From Lepidodermella squamata (taxonomy: Eukaryota; Animalia; Gastrotricha), in assembly GCA_047495785.1 (NCBI GenBank), contig JBLDXI010000002.1, positions 1,612,001 through 1,676,000 on the forward strand: a stretch of DNA of 64,000 nucleotides, given 5' to 3'. The notes under the pieces are model-generated. The model had not been told where the DNA came from, did no database searches, and saw only the letters and a program-made list of their open reading frames with translations. This document shows, one piece after another, positions 1-10,627 of this stretch (positions within the stretch are counted from its first letter, which is position 1; each line of letters begins with the position of its first letter). The translations under genes and the position numbers were made by a program.

Positions 1-56
1 TTCGAATTTTTAATTAGGTATCGGAATGTTTTATACGAATTTTATATTCCTTTCAG

Positions 57-1660
57 CTAAAGATGATCGGCAAGGCGATACGGCTCTTCATTCAGCAGCA
101 TATTCCGGCGAACACGCTGTTCTTAAGTATTTACTCAACAATGGAGCTGAAATTAATGCGAAAAACCGAAGCAACGAAACCGCTTTACATGTTAGCTACA
201 GCTTTCGCGGGAAATATATTCTAATTTTTTTTTCATTTTTCAAGAGAGCTGCCGCAAGTGGCCATGTAGCTATTGTTCAGCTTTTGATTGGTCGAAAAGT
301 CGACCTAGAGGCGAGAAATAGCTACGGCTGGACGGCGTTACATACAGCTTGCGCAAGTGGGCAAATCGACGTCGTTAAATTACTTCTGAACAGGTGCGAA
401 AAAAATTGATACGAAAATTTCAATTATCTAAATTAAATGTTTGTTTTTAGCCGTGCGATGATCGAATCACGTGATTCCCGTGGCGATACGCCGCTCCACA
501 TGTGTGCGTGGTTCGGTCGGGTCGATGTCGCTCGCCTGTTGATCTCCAAACGCGCTCAAATCAACGCTCAAAATTCGAAAGGCCAAACTGCGCTTCACAA
601 TGCGGCGTGGTCGGGTGGACCCGAGATGATTTCAACACTGCTCGAGGCAGGCGCTGATATTTACGCGAAAGACAGACATGGCTCAACTCCTATCCACCTC
701 GCTGCAGCAAATGGCCAAGTAATGAAAAAATATATTATTAAAAATGATCGAAAAATGTGAATATGCTAATTCGATTTTCTAGGTTGACTCATTCAAAGTT
801 TTAATGCAAAATGGCGGCCGGCTAGATTTGAGAGGCGAATGGGGTCGCACTCCGTTGCACATGGTTGCGCTCGGGTCAGGCGACCCGGCTATGGCCCGGT
901 TCATGGTCGATCGTAAAGCGAACATCGAAGCAAAAGACGACCGCAATAGCGATACCGTTCTTCACCTAGCCGGCGAATTCGGAAAATCAGCTCTCGTGCA
1001 AATGCTTCTAGGTAAGGATGCTTTTAATTTGAAATTCGGCTTTTAAAAATATTTAAAATTCAATATTATTTGTAATTTGTAGGACGAGGTGCCAAGATCG
1101 ATGCAACGAACCGTGACGGCGATACGCCCCTCCACCGAGCCGCCTTAACAAACCAAGCCGATGTCGCCGGTCTGCTGCTCGACCGCGGCGCTGTAGCCGA
1201 GGCGAAACGGCGATTCGACGGCAGAACGGCGCTTCACGTCGCGTTGGCTAACTACAACCTCGAAGCAGCTCGAGCCATCTACGAGCATCACAGAAATGTC
1301 GCCACTATGAGCGACGATAATGGCGATACGTGCCTACACCTGATTTGCAGCGTGCCCGAATCACCTGAACAGCGCGAATTAGCTCAGACAATGCTGTCGG
1401 ACAACGCCTCTGATGCCTTTGTAAACGCGAAAAATCTACGAGGCGAGACTGCGTTGCATTTGGTCTGCCAAAAATGTTCGAGTACGGTGTTGTTGGAGCT
1501 GTTGCTTGAGAAGGGCGCATCGACAACTGCGATGACCGAAGCTGGGCTGACGGCGATTGAAATCGCCGATGCGGCGGCGAAAGACGAATTTGTGACAATT
1601 TTACTCGGCCATAGAGGCAGAACCCCCTTGGTTAATAGTTCGCATAGCCATAGAAGATAA
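57..1660 (+). CDS. Ankyrin-repeat protein, multi-exon, 5' end outside the window
   Basis: Many GxTPLH/TALH ankyrin motifs across ORFs 26-409, 437-760, 804-1046 and 1244-1660, joined by short GT-AG introns (~191-244, 394-450, 719-782, 1012-1082); TAA at 1658-1660. Confidence 0.9.
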
Positions 1661-2640
1661 CACTTCCCTTTTTTGCTTGCTATCATTTTATATTACTTCA
1701 TTACATTATTTTTTGAATAAAACAGATGAAATTAATTGAAGTGATTTTGTCAAGAATCCCAAGATGAGATCGAATAGTACATATCGAACTATTCGAGCTA
1801 TCGCATACATTGCCTCGCGAAAGGTGAAACGTTGGCTTGTAACTTCGATCTTCCAAAATCAGTCAGTAAACAATAAAAGGAAATGAAATAAACCGAAAAT
1901 ATTTACAATTCAGTATCACATCTCTCACTTGAGGGGAAAAATGTAAACAAATCATGCTCTCTCACGCCCGTCAAACCTTTACAAGGGCAAATTTCAGGTA
2001 CTTATCGATCATATAATTTTCGCCCTTTTTGATTATGAATTATACTGCCCGATTGCGAGAGTGACGCATGGGATCTAATTTACCCGAAGCTTCATTTTAT
2101 TATTTGGTCAGCTGCTATTAATCCAACTAAATAAGCCAATTTTTCACGGCCACATGAGAAAGTGTCCAGCCAACTGTGACAAAAAACCGGAATTTTACCT
2201 AAAGAAACGCAGGTCACCCGCTATAGTATATAAGCACTAATATGCGAGGGCGGCTTTTATTAGCGTATTCAGGTATTGAAAAAACTGGTTACTCTCCAAG
2301 GCCAAGTCCATTCTCTAGCTGATATGCTTATAAGAGGTAAGTAGTTCTAGCTTTGATCCCTTGCTCATGATCATGAGCGCAAGGCGAGATCAATTTATTG
2401 GAGCATTTAACATCTTGTAACCCCCATTTCATTATCCCGGCACCCATAGTGTCCCGAGAGTGGCCGCACGGCACCTATTATTAAGGCCTTCCCACAAACT
2501 CGTTTCTTTTTTTTTCTCATGCGTATGCGAGTAAACACATACACATACAGCAAAAAGCATACAGCCCCCGTTCACAAACTGATTTCTTTTCTCCTTGTAT
2601 GTGATTTTTTTCTGGCCGAAGAGGCCACTGAAAAAAGGGA

Positions 2641-2713
2641 TGGCGGCACGTCGAATCGAACCCTTGACGACTTCGCACACATCGATAATTATATCGACAT
2701 GGCTAAGCCGTCA
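2641..2713 (-). ncRNA. Degenerate tRNA-like Pol III element (pseudo-tRNA or SINE head)
   Basis: Minus strand: TGACGGC/GCCGCCA acceptor-like pairing, A-box-like TAGCCATGTCG, B-box GGTTCGATTCG, followed by TTTTTT. Confidence 0.5.
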
Positions 2714-2893
2714 AGCTTAATGTGTGACCTATAAATTAGGCTTTAAGGCAAACAATTCATTGATAAATGCGTCAACAAACAAGTCGAAGATTAATGATTC
2801 ATGCCCGCACTTGACCCATAAAACGCGGATAACTTTTATATAGATATTAGCAACCAATAATTTAGGCTTTTTATAGCGACGGATAAATACGAT

Positions 2894-2968
2894 GGCAACA
2901 TAGTGCAGTTGCTATTGACCGGCCTGTTCAACGGGCGGACGGGGTTCGAGCCCCATCGAAGTTGTTCA
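2894..2968 (+). ncRNA. Degenerate tRNA-like Pol III element (pseudo-tRNA or SINE head)
   Basis: A-box-like TAGTGCAGTTG, T-arm GGGGTTCGAGCCCC, GGCAAC/GTTGTT acceptor-like pairing, followed by TTTTTT. Confidence 0.55.
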
Positions 2969-3759
2969 TTTTTTCAGCGGCCTCTTCGGCCAGAAAAAAA
3001 TCACATACAGGGAGAAAAGAAATCAGTTTGTGAACGGGTCTGTATGCGATTTTTTTTCGCCAACACATACGACCCCGGCAAAAAACTTATTACAAATCAC
3101 ATACACATTTTTTCATACGAGTATGTGCGCAGACCTTTATAAGTTGTATACAAAAATGATTATCGCTAAAAAGTATTCTTATCACCCTATCCCAGTCAAT
3201 TTACCACGCGGTTGTAGATAAGTTTTCATTCATGGGCGTAAATTTGCCTACGAACATACTTTGCCTTGTGGAAAAGCATTATTTTATTCTCAGATAGCAG
3301 ACCCGGTAAAAGTTTATTGTCCACTTTTGTGTCCATAAAACCCACTTATAGTCAGGTGACCTTGGTAACTTTTATTGATTGAAATAAGTATACAGCCTAA
3401 TACCAAAGAATCTTTAGCCGCCGAACAAGGTTTGTTGTACGGCAATAATGCGATTTCACTTCATGGCTCAATTCTAATTAGCCTCGGCAAGTCAATATTT
3501 GCTCGCGGCATTTTTTCATTTTCGGGTACAACGAAAGGTAAGCTCATTTGGTCAGAATTCTTCTGGCTTTCTTAGTTGGAAATCTCGAAATCTGATTCGC
3601 ATAGTCTGCCTCTCTATCCACACCTTGAATGTTCATCGATCACATGGCCCCAGTCTTAGATATAATGTCTACTTTATTTTCCCCGACAAAATTCGCTCCG
3701 AATTCGTAGATATTCGGCATATTTTCTATCATGTTCGTTATAGGGTCCATTTTTACCCA

Positions 3760-5466
3760 ATGGTTAAGTCGACACCTCCGCCTGGTAAGAATGCGGGCCG
3801 CGTTTGCTCATGCATGTGCTGCTGCAAGGCTTTTGTCATTATCGGACTGATATTGGGTCTACTCCTCGCCAGTGCCGGTGTTTTCTTGACCTTGCGATAC
3901 CGCACGATTTTTTTCAACCGCCTGGCATCTGCCATGCTGCTCAGCCCTACAGCGGCGAGTTTTGCTACTTTCAAAAACCCGCCAGCAAATATGTACATGT
4001 CTTACTACTTTTTCAATGTTACGAACCCTGAGGAAGTTCTGAGGGGTGCAAAACCGATTTTGAGAGAAATCGGGCCGTACGTTTACCGAAGCAGTCGAGT
4101 GAAGGAGAATGTCAACTTTGACGACGAATTTACGCAAGTTTTCTATGAAGAACGCCGTTTCTATGTTTTCGACCAGGAGAAATCAGTTGGTTCGGATAAC
4201 GATACATTCTACAACGTCGATCTTGTCGCCTACAGCGTGACGAAAACAGCATATGATGAAGGAAGAGTCAGCGTCCTTGCCAAAACTTTGTCTGTGACCA
4301 AACGCAAGTACCCATTTAAGAACCATGTGATTCGTGAGTTTCTATTTGGCGCGAAGGATAATTTGCTGGAGAAAGTGCTGCCGATTAAGTTCCCGAACCC
4401 TAAAACACGTCCTCCAGCTGTTTTCGGCATTATGGCCGATAGAGCGACCGGGCAGAGCCGAAATGGATCAATATACGCGAACTATACCTTGAGGACTGGA
4501 AAAGGAGATATTAGCAAGTTCCAAACAATTGTGAAGTACAATGATAAGACACGAATGACCACTTGGCCTGGTAACGTAACCGACCCCAGCACTGGCCAGG
4601 AATTCGACCCTAATGTTATCGAAGGCAGTCTGGGCGCCAGCTTCGGTCCGAATGTCAGGGAAAAGTCGATATTAAAATCGTATGCTGCTGACTTATGCCT
4701 AGTGATCGGTTTCACCTACCAGCAACCAAGCAACAGAGGTTTGTCCAATAATTTACGTTTAGGTACTTCAGATATTGAGAAGAGCTTCGTTTCAGGAGGT
4801 GTGGACACACTTCGGTTTGGCCTCAACGTGCCGAACTGGCGGCAATTGGTTGGCGAATTGAATCGCGCCAACTGTGCCGCTGAAGATCGCGATGACCCAG
4901 TGAAATGCCTGCAGGATGGTGTTCTGAACGTTACATCCTGCAAGGGAGGTGCCCTAATCATGAGTCTACCCCACTTGATGGCCGCAGATCCTTTTTACCA
5001 GGTATTTTCACGATTCTGCTCCAAAATTTGGCTTAGATTGTTATTTCAGAATACAACAGAGGGTTTGAATCCTGATCCCGAGAAGCATTCAATCATGCTA
5101 GACATCGATCCGTTGACCGGAACAGCCCTGCAGGCTTCGAAGCGAATGCAGATCAATATTCGCTTTACGGCTTTCAAGCACCAGAACTACACCAACTTGC
5201 CGCCCTTCACACTGCTCCCAATCATGTGGATCGATGAGTCCGGCGGAATTAACGAGGCCGGCCTTGAGGGATTGAAATCCCGCGCTCACAGTGGGTTCAA
5301 TATGCTGCAAAACATCTCCTATGCCCTTCTGATAACCGGAATTTCACTAATTCCTGCTTGCATCATCATCTACCTGGTTTGCAAGCAACGCTATTCTTCG
5401 AAGCAGCGTGATCAACTACGATCAGGCAATGGCGGCTTCGATGAGAAACGGCCATTGAACGCTTGA
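3760..5466 (+). CDS. CD36/SCARB (class B scavenger receptor, LIMP-2/SR-BI-like), copy 1
   Basis: N- and C-terminal TM helices; YFFNVTNPEEV, EIGPYVY, SLPH and IDPLTG...KRMQINI motifs. ATG 3760; introns 4739-4795 and 5002-5049 inferred from the paralog; probable 5'UTR intron ~3539-3743. Confidence 0.92.
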   Translation: MVKSTPPPGKNAGRVCSCMCCCKAFVIIGLILGLLLASAGVFLTLRYRTIFFNRLASAMLLSPTAASFATFKNPPANMYMSYYFFNVTNPEEVLRGAKPILREIGPYVYRSSRVKENVNFDDEFTQVFYEERRFYVFDQEKSVGSDNDTFYNVDLVAYSVTKTAYDEGRVSVLAKTLSVTKRKYPFKNHVIREFLFGAKDNLLEKVLPIKFPNPKTRPPAVFGIMADRATGQSRNGSIYANYTLRTGKGDISKFQTIVKYNDKTRMTTWPGNVTDPSTGQEFDPNVIEGSLGASFGPNVREKSILKSYAADLCLVIGFTYQQPSNRGLSNNLRLGTSDIEKSFVSGGVDTLRFGLNVPNWRQLVGELNRANCAAEDRDDPVKCLQDGVLNVTSCKGGALIMSLPHLMAADPFYQVFSRFCSKIWLRLLFQNTTEGLNPDPEKHSIMLDIDPLTGTALQASKRMQINIRFTAFKHQNYTNLPPFTLLPIMWIDESGGINEAGLEGLKSRAHSGFNMLQNISYALLITGISLIPACIIIYLVCKQRYSSKQRDQLRSGNGGFDEKRPLNA

Positions 5467-5687
5467 ATTTTCAAGTAATCCGTGATGAAAGATGAATGGC
5501 TAGTCGTATGCCTGCCAAAATGTTATGTTTTATTTTGTTAACTCTCCTCGCAATATTAACGCGTGGTGAAATTAATTTGGTGTTCCGGTCGATCTTTCAA
5601 TATGCCGACTGAATACCTCGTCAAATTTTAGCTTGAGTTTTCAAACAGTGGATACAAAAAATAAAAACAATACCATCAGTTGAGACA

Positions 5688-5835
5688 ATCAGTGTTTGTT
5701 AGCGTTTTGTAGGCTATTTCCCGTTTTTTCATCTCCGCCTTCAGCCATTTGGCGCGTCTCGATGACAAGCTGAAGCCGATATTGTCATTTATGCGACCTG
5801 TCAAAGGGCTGCGAACCAGAAACAATATTTACAGG
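5688..5835 (-). pseudogene. Collapsed remnant of the SLC18B1-like MFS gene
   Basis: ATCTCCGCCTTCAGCCAT matches ~14919-14936 and is joined directly to GACAAGCTGAAGCCGAT.TTGTCATT.ATGCG.CCT.TCAAAGGGCT, which matches ~15719-15766. Confidence 0.75.
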
Positions 5836-6551
5836 CGAAATATTGAGCAGCTAAAACAACGCTTTCTCGATAAAAGCTATTTATATCATCTATCATCCGA
5901 CGAGCGATAAAATGTACAGGCTGAGTGAGAATTTGGAGGCGCATTGACGGCCCCGAAAAATAAGTTTTTTTGCGCATTCATACAGTACCCATTAAATTAT
6001 TCAGCAACCTTGTTTTAATTGAGTTTTTTCTCGCGTATAAACTTTCATTCCCGCCGCGGTAATGCTATCCGGATTTGATTACTTATTCAATTTTCATATT
6101 AATTTAAGCAGTTTATTCTCACTCGGTGACAACAGATATATTTTTGTAGTGAACCGTAGCCGCATTTTGTTGATGTAAAAGGAATGATATTCCCTGACCC
6201 GATAACTTATTTGACCATTTTCGATTCCGCTCTCCTGTTAGATTGCGATTTGAGTGACGCTTTTCTCACACGGGATTTAATAAGGTCGAAGCTTCATAAT
6301 ATCAGTATAACTCGGCCAGTTCATCTTAACTAGTTAACTATCTAACTAAAGTCACCGTTTTTCACAGGTCACAGTCATATCATGAAATCTCCAGCTTGTC
6401 TTTTATAATGCTTTCTTCCTGCAATTCATACGGCTCCAGACACACTTCATGGATTGTTGTCTTCCATATTCTATTATTATGATCTCTTAACAAATATCGA
6501 TATCGTGTACTCGGTATATTCAATTCATGTCTGTTATAGGGTCCATTTTTC

Positions 6552-8218
6552 ATGTCCAAGTTGACTCCTCAGCCTGGTAGGAATGCAGGCAGCGTTTGCT
6601 GCTGCCGGGTCTTAGTTATCATTGGTGTGATATTAGGATTAGCACTTGCGACTGAAATACCGCTTAGCCTGACCGCGGCGAGTTTTGCTACTTTCAAAAA
6701 CCCGCCAGCAAATATGTACATGTCGTATTACTTTTTCAACATTACGAACCCTGAGGATGTTTTGAGGGGCGCGAAGCCGATTTTGAAAGAAATTGGGCCG
6801 TATGTTTACCGAAGCAGTCGAGTGAAGGAGAATGTCACCTTCGACGACGAATTTACGCAAGTTTTCTACAAAGAACGTCGATTTTATTTCTTCGACCAGG
6901 AGAAATCAGTTGGTTCGGATAACGATACATTCTACAGCATGGATCTGGTCGCATACAGTGTGACGAAATCAGCATATGACGAAGGGAGAGTCAGTCTCCT
7001 CTCTAGAACGTTTGATGTGACTAAACGGAAATCCCCTTTCAAGTCCCACGTGATTCGCGAGTTTCTATTTGGTGCTAGGGATAATTTGCTGGAGAAAGTC
7101 CTGCCGATGAAGTTCCCGAACCCCGAAACCCGTCCTCCGCCTGTTTTTGGCATTATGGTTGACAAAGTGAACGGGCAAAGCCGAAATGGATCAATAGACG
7201 CGAACTATACCTTGAGGACTGGAAAAGGAGATATTAGCAAGTTCCAAACAATTGTGAAGTACAATGATAAGACACGAATGACCACTTGGCCTGGTAACGT
7301 AACCGACCCCAGCACTGGCCAGGAGTTCGACCCTAATGTTATTGAAGGTAGTCTGGGTGCCAGCTTCGGTCCGAATGTCAAGAAGGAGTCGTTGCTGAAA
7401 GTTTTCGATGCTAATTTGTGCCTAGTCATGGGTTTAACTTATGAAAAACCGAGCAAAACTGGTGAGTAGACATGATTAAACACGAAATCTGCTTCTATAA
7501 ATAGATCTTATTATAGGTGGTGTTGACACTCTTCAATTTGGTGTTAACATAACTAACTGGCGTAAGTTTGTAGGAGAATTGAATCGAGCTAGCTGCGCCC
7601 CGGCGGATCGCGACGATCCGACTAAATGCATGCAGGATGGTGTTTTGAACGCTACATCTTGCAAGGGAGCCTCTCTAATCATGAGTCTACCTCACTTCAT
7701 GGGCGCTGATAAATTTTATCAGGTAATATTCATGGGTTTATTATTTGCCTGAATTTTGAGCTGATTTTGTCTAGAATACAACCGAGGGTTTGAGCCCCGA
7801 CCCCGAAAAGCATTCAATCGTGCTCAATATTGATCCTCTAACCGGAACTGCACTTTCTGCCGTGAAGCGAGTGCAGATCAATTTTCGTTTTATGAGTTTC
7901 AAATTCCGGCAATACAAAAATTTGCCGCCATTCACTCTGCTCCCGATTATGTGGATCGAAGAGTCGGACGGTATCAAAGACGTAGACCTTGGCGATGTAG
8001 CCAATAAGGATGTACAAATAGTAAACACGTACGAGCGTGTTCTTGGCATGTGTCTTGACCTCATTAAGCTGACCACCTGGCTATTCAATTTGGTTTCCTG
8101 CAATTATGGTGGAATGTTTTGTTTCGATGATGACTTATTCAATCCGATTCTGGGTTTTTCTTATTTTGTGATAGATCTTCCTTCTAGTTTGCAAATTCCA
8201 ACCCAATCCAAATTCTGA
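6552..8218 (+). CDS. CD36/SCARB scavenger receptor, copy 2 (in-frame deletion after TM1, divergent C-terminus; may be pseudogenising)
   Basis: High identity to copy 1; introns 7462-7516 and 7723-7774; similarity stops after WIEESDGI (~7975). Confidence 0.8.
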
Positions 8219-8473
8219 CTTTATAACGCAATAGGTAATATGGCGTGGTGGGCAAAATGTTGTCCCTAGATCACAACCGAATTTGTGTTTTCCACTTCTA
8301 AAGACTCTAAATACTAAAGGAATGTTTGAACAATAGGTGCTGTGCCCTATTAAACCTATGCATCATTAGACCAGTGAATCGCAAGCTTGAAAAATGCAGC
8401 GTTTCATTACCTTAATTCCTAGATTTCGCAAACCTAATAAAATCCGACGATAAAAGCCCCTTAAAAACCATTG
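8195..8473. repeat. ~270-bp dispersed direct repeat, copy A
   Basis: Shares TCCAACCCAATCCAAATTCT, TTTGAACAATAGGTGCTGTGCCCTATTAAAC and TTCCTAGATTTCGCAAACCTAATAAAATCCGAC with 13191-13450. Confidence 0.85.
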
Positions 8474-9623
8474 TGAATGTGAATATGGAGTTCGACCTTG
8501 ACCGAACGATCGCAAGTCATGACGAATAGCAAAATATGATCGGCACCAAGTGCCTATTGAAAACAAAATATTATCTTGTTAATAATGAGACATGAGATGA
8601 AATTCATTTGAGTCGTCATTTTCTTGTCTGGACTTGCCTTGATTCTTCTCACAACACTGGTGTCAGAAGCGGCCGGGTCTTTTATCAGGTATTCGGGCCC
8701 ATATGACTTGCCCAAATAAGATTTTTTAATTCTTGTTCAATGCAGATAGCCGACAATTGTTCGCGACCATAATATAGAAGAGGGGCCGGACAAAGTCAAG
8801 GAGGAGGACTCAGAGAAAGAGGAAGGTCACGGCCAAGACGCTGATTGCTGATAGTTCTCGTTGGTCGGCCGCTAAAAAAATACGAAAAGCTTACCTCAGA
8901 CCCGAAACTCAATCGCTTATTTCCCATGTTGACGAATGATGATCGTGAGCCGAGAGGATTCCCATCGAGAGGAATGCCGAGAGGCACCCCGTGATCGCTG
9001 ATCGTCACCCTCCCCTAAACCTTTGCGGTAAAACGGTTCCTCTTGTTGTGCGATTATTACCATCACAAGTCAACAATGAACCAGCGGAGGAGGAAAAATA
9101 AAACTTTTCATTGTTTCATTGTTTCATTGTTCAATAACAATATCGAAGAAATCAATTGGCAACGAAACAACTACCGTACTTCTTCTCAGTCACTGGAAGC
9201 TTTCATTCATGACTACTTAATATGGGAACTTGGTTTAATAGATTTGTCTGTTGATGATTGATGATATTCGGGTTTTTTGAAGATACTAGCCCGGATAGAG
9301 TTAAATTGTTTCGAGAAGAATTGATGAAACGTATCAACAACGATTTTTCCCAATGCAAGGAAACACCACAACAGCTACAACTTATATTTATCCTGGACTT
9401 ACCGAGTTTAAAGGAAAATTAACTCAAGCAATAGTAAATGTGTCTTCTTCAGTGTCGTGGAAGCTGGAGTTTTACTTTCAGTGATTCAGTGATAAGAACA
9501 GAATAATACAACGATAACCATCACTATGAAATTTATTACTTTGAAATAACGTGTTTCGTAATGTTGCGCTGGCGTATAATATATACACGACAATACGTTT
9601 TCTAATAGATGACAGAATGTTTG

Positions 9624-10627
9624 TTATCTGCGCGCTTCCTTAAGATAGACCGCTCGTAGTTCTTTAAGATCTATTTGAATTTCGCCTGCTCCTTCGGGTT
9701 GGTCAGCGTGGAAGTACAAGTACTTAGGTGCGATAGATAAAAATAAGTAGTCGTCCGAATCCCTGCTAGTGCCAGTGCCGGTAAGAGCGCCAAATTCGCT
9801 AGCATCTGCGTCATCAAGGGCAACCGTTCCAAAGCTTACAGAGGCGCATCGTCTAGGTCTTCCATTTTCAGTCCGACTGTACGCCACAGCTACCATTGGA
9901 AATCCACTTTCACGTTCTTCATAGATGCGAATAATAAAAACATAGGAGATCGAGTTATCTGGTCGAATATATCTGTTGGCGACGTCCAGAAAAGGCTCAA
10001 CATGATGAATCATAACTTCGAAAACAACTGACGGAACTGTTTCAACTTCTTGGGTGTTAGGGTTCTTTTTACCATCGCCACGGAAAGACCCATCAGGTTG
10101 CCGACGCTCCTTTTCGCCCAGTTTCACATCAGCCGAACCAGTGGACAGAATGGTTTTGCTATGATTTTTAGAGTAATCTTTGAAAACATAACGTATTTCA
10201 TCGACCAGCGCTTGGTGCTCACGGCTATTGCCCAGTTGATGGATGAAGACGTTATCGTTGAGATAGGTCATTTTGCTAATTCCATGCTCCTTGAAATGAA
10301 GATAAAATGAATAATTTGAAGGGAAAAGAGTTTATTTAAAAAACTTACCCTGAAGACATCCTCATGTTGTTCATCATAAAACTTCACACTAACACCACTA
10401 GCCAATGGGACTTCCACGAGATTAGCGTACTTCTGATTCAGAGTTGCAAACTCTTTAACTTTTGTCTCAAAAGACCAACTGTTAATATCATTAGGGTCGA
10501 ACACTGGAACACCGAAACAACCGATACTAAGAGAAGTGCTGGTAGAATTGCCATTAGTAGCTAGAACTTGTCTTTTGACAGACGATACTGATGTAGAAAA
10601 GCCGTCCTCACATGCAACTTCAGTCAT
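9624..10627 (-). CDS. Uma2/DUF820-like PD-(D/E)XK restriction-endonuclease-fold protein (~314 aa, 2 exons)
   Basis: GT-AG intron 10348-10290 joins ...DVFR to EHGISKMTYL... in frame; motifs REHQ, QPDGSF and PSVVFEV follow the Uma2 H...PD...hhEV pattern. Confidence 0.7.

Larger units (their letters stand above)
2557..3047. repeat. Inverted pair of ~80-bp arms (2557-2636 and 2969-3047), each preceded by a tRNA-like head; SINE/MITE-like
   Basis: TTCACAAACTGATTTCTTTTCTCCTTGTATGTGATTTTTTTCTGGCCGAAGAGGCC is the near-perfect reverse complement of GGCCTCTTCGGCCAGAAAAAAATCACATACAGGGAGAAAAGAAATCAGTTTGTGAA. Confidence 0.85.

Noticed and set aside
2894-2968. Functional tRNA-Sec or opal suppressor implying TGA recoding
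   Set aside because: Imperfect stems and no long variable arm; conserved genes here (ECHS1, SCARB-1, DDX5, Irx) end normally at TGA
3499-3759. N-terminal 87 aa of the 655-aa SCARB ORF
   Set aside because: Non-ATG start; spans a probable 5'UTR intron (GTAAGC ~3539 to TATAG 3743); the paralog begins at the position equivalent to ATG 3760
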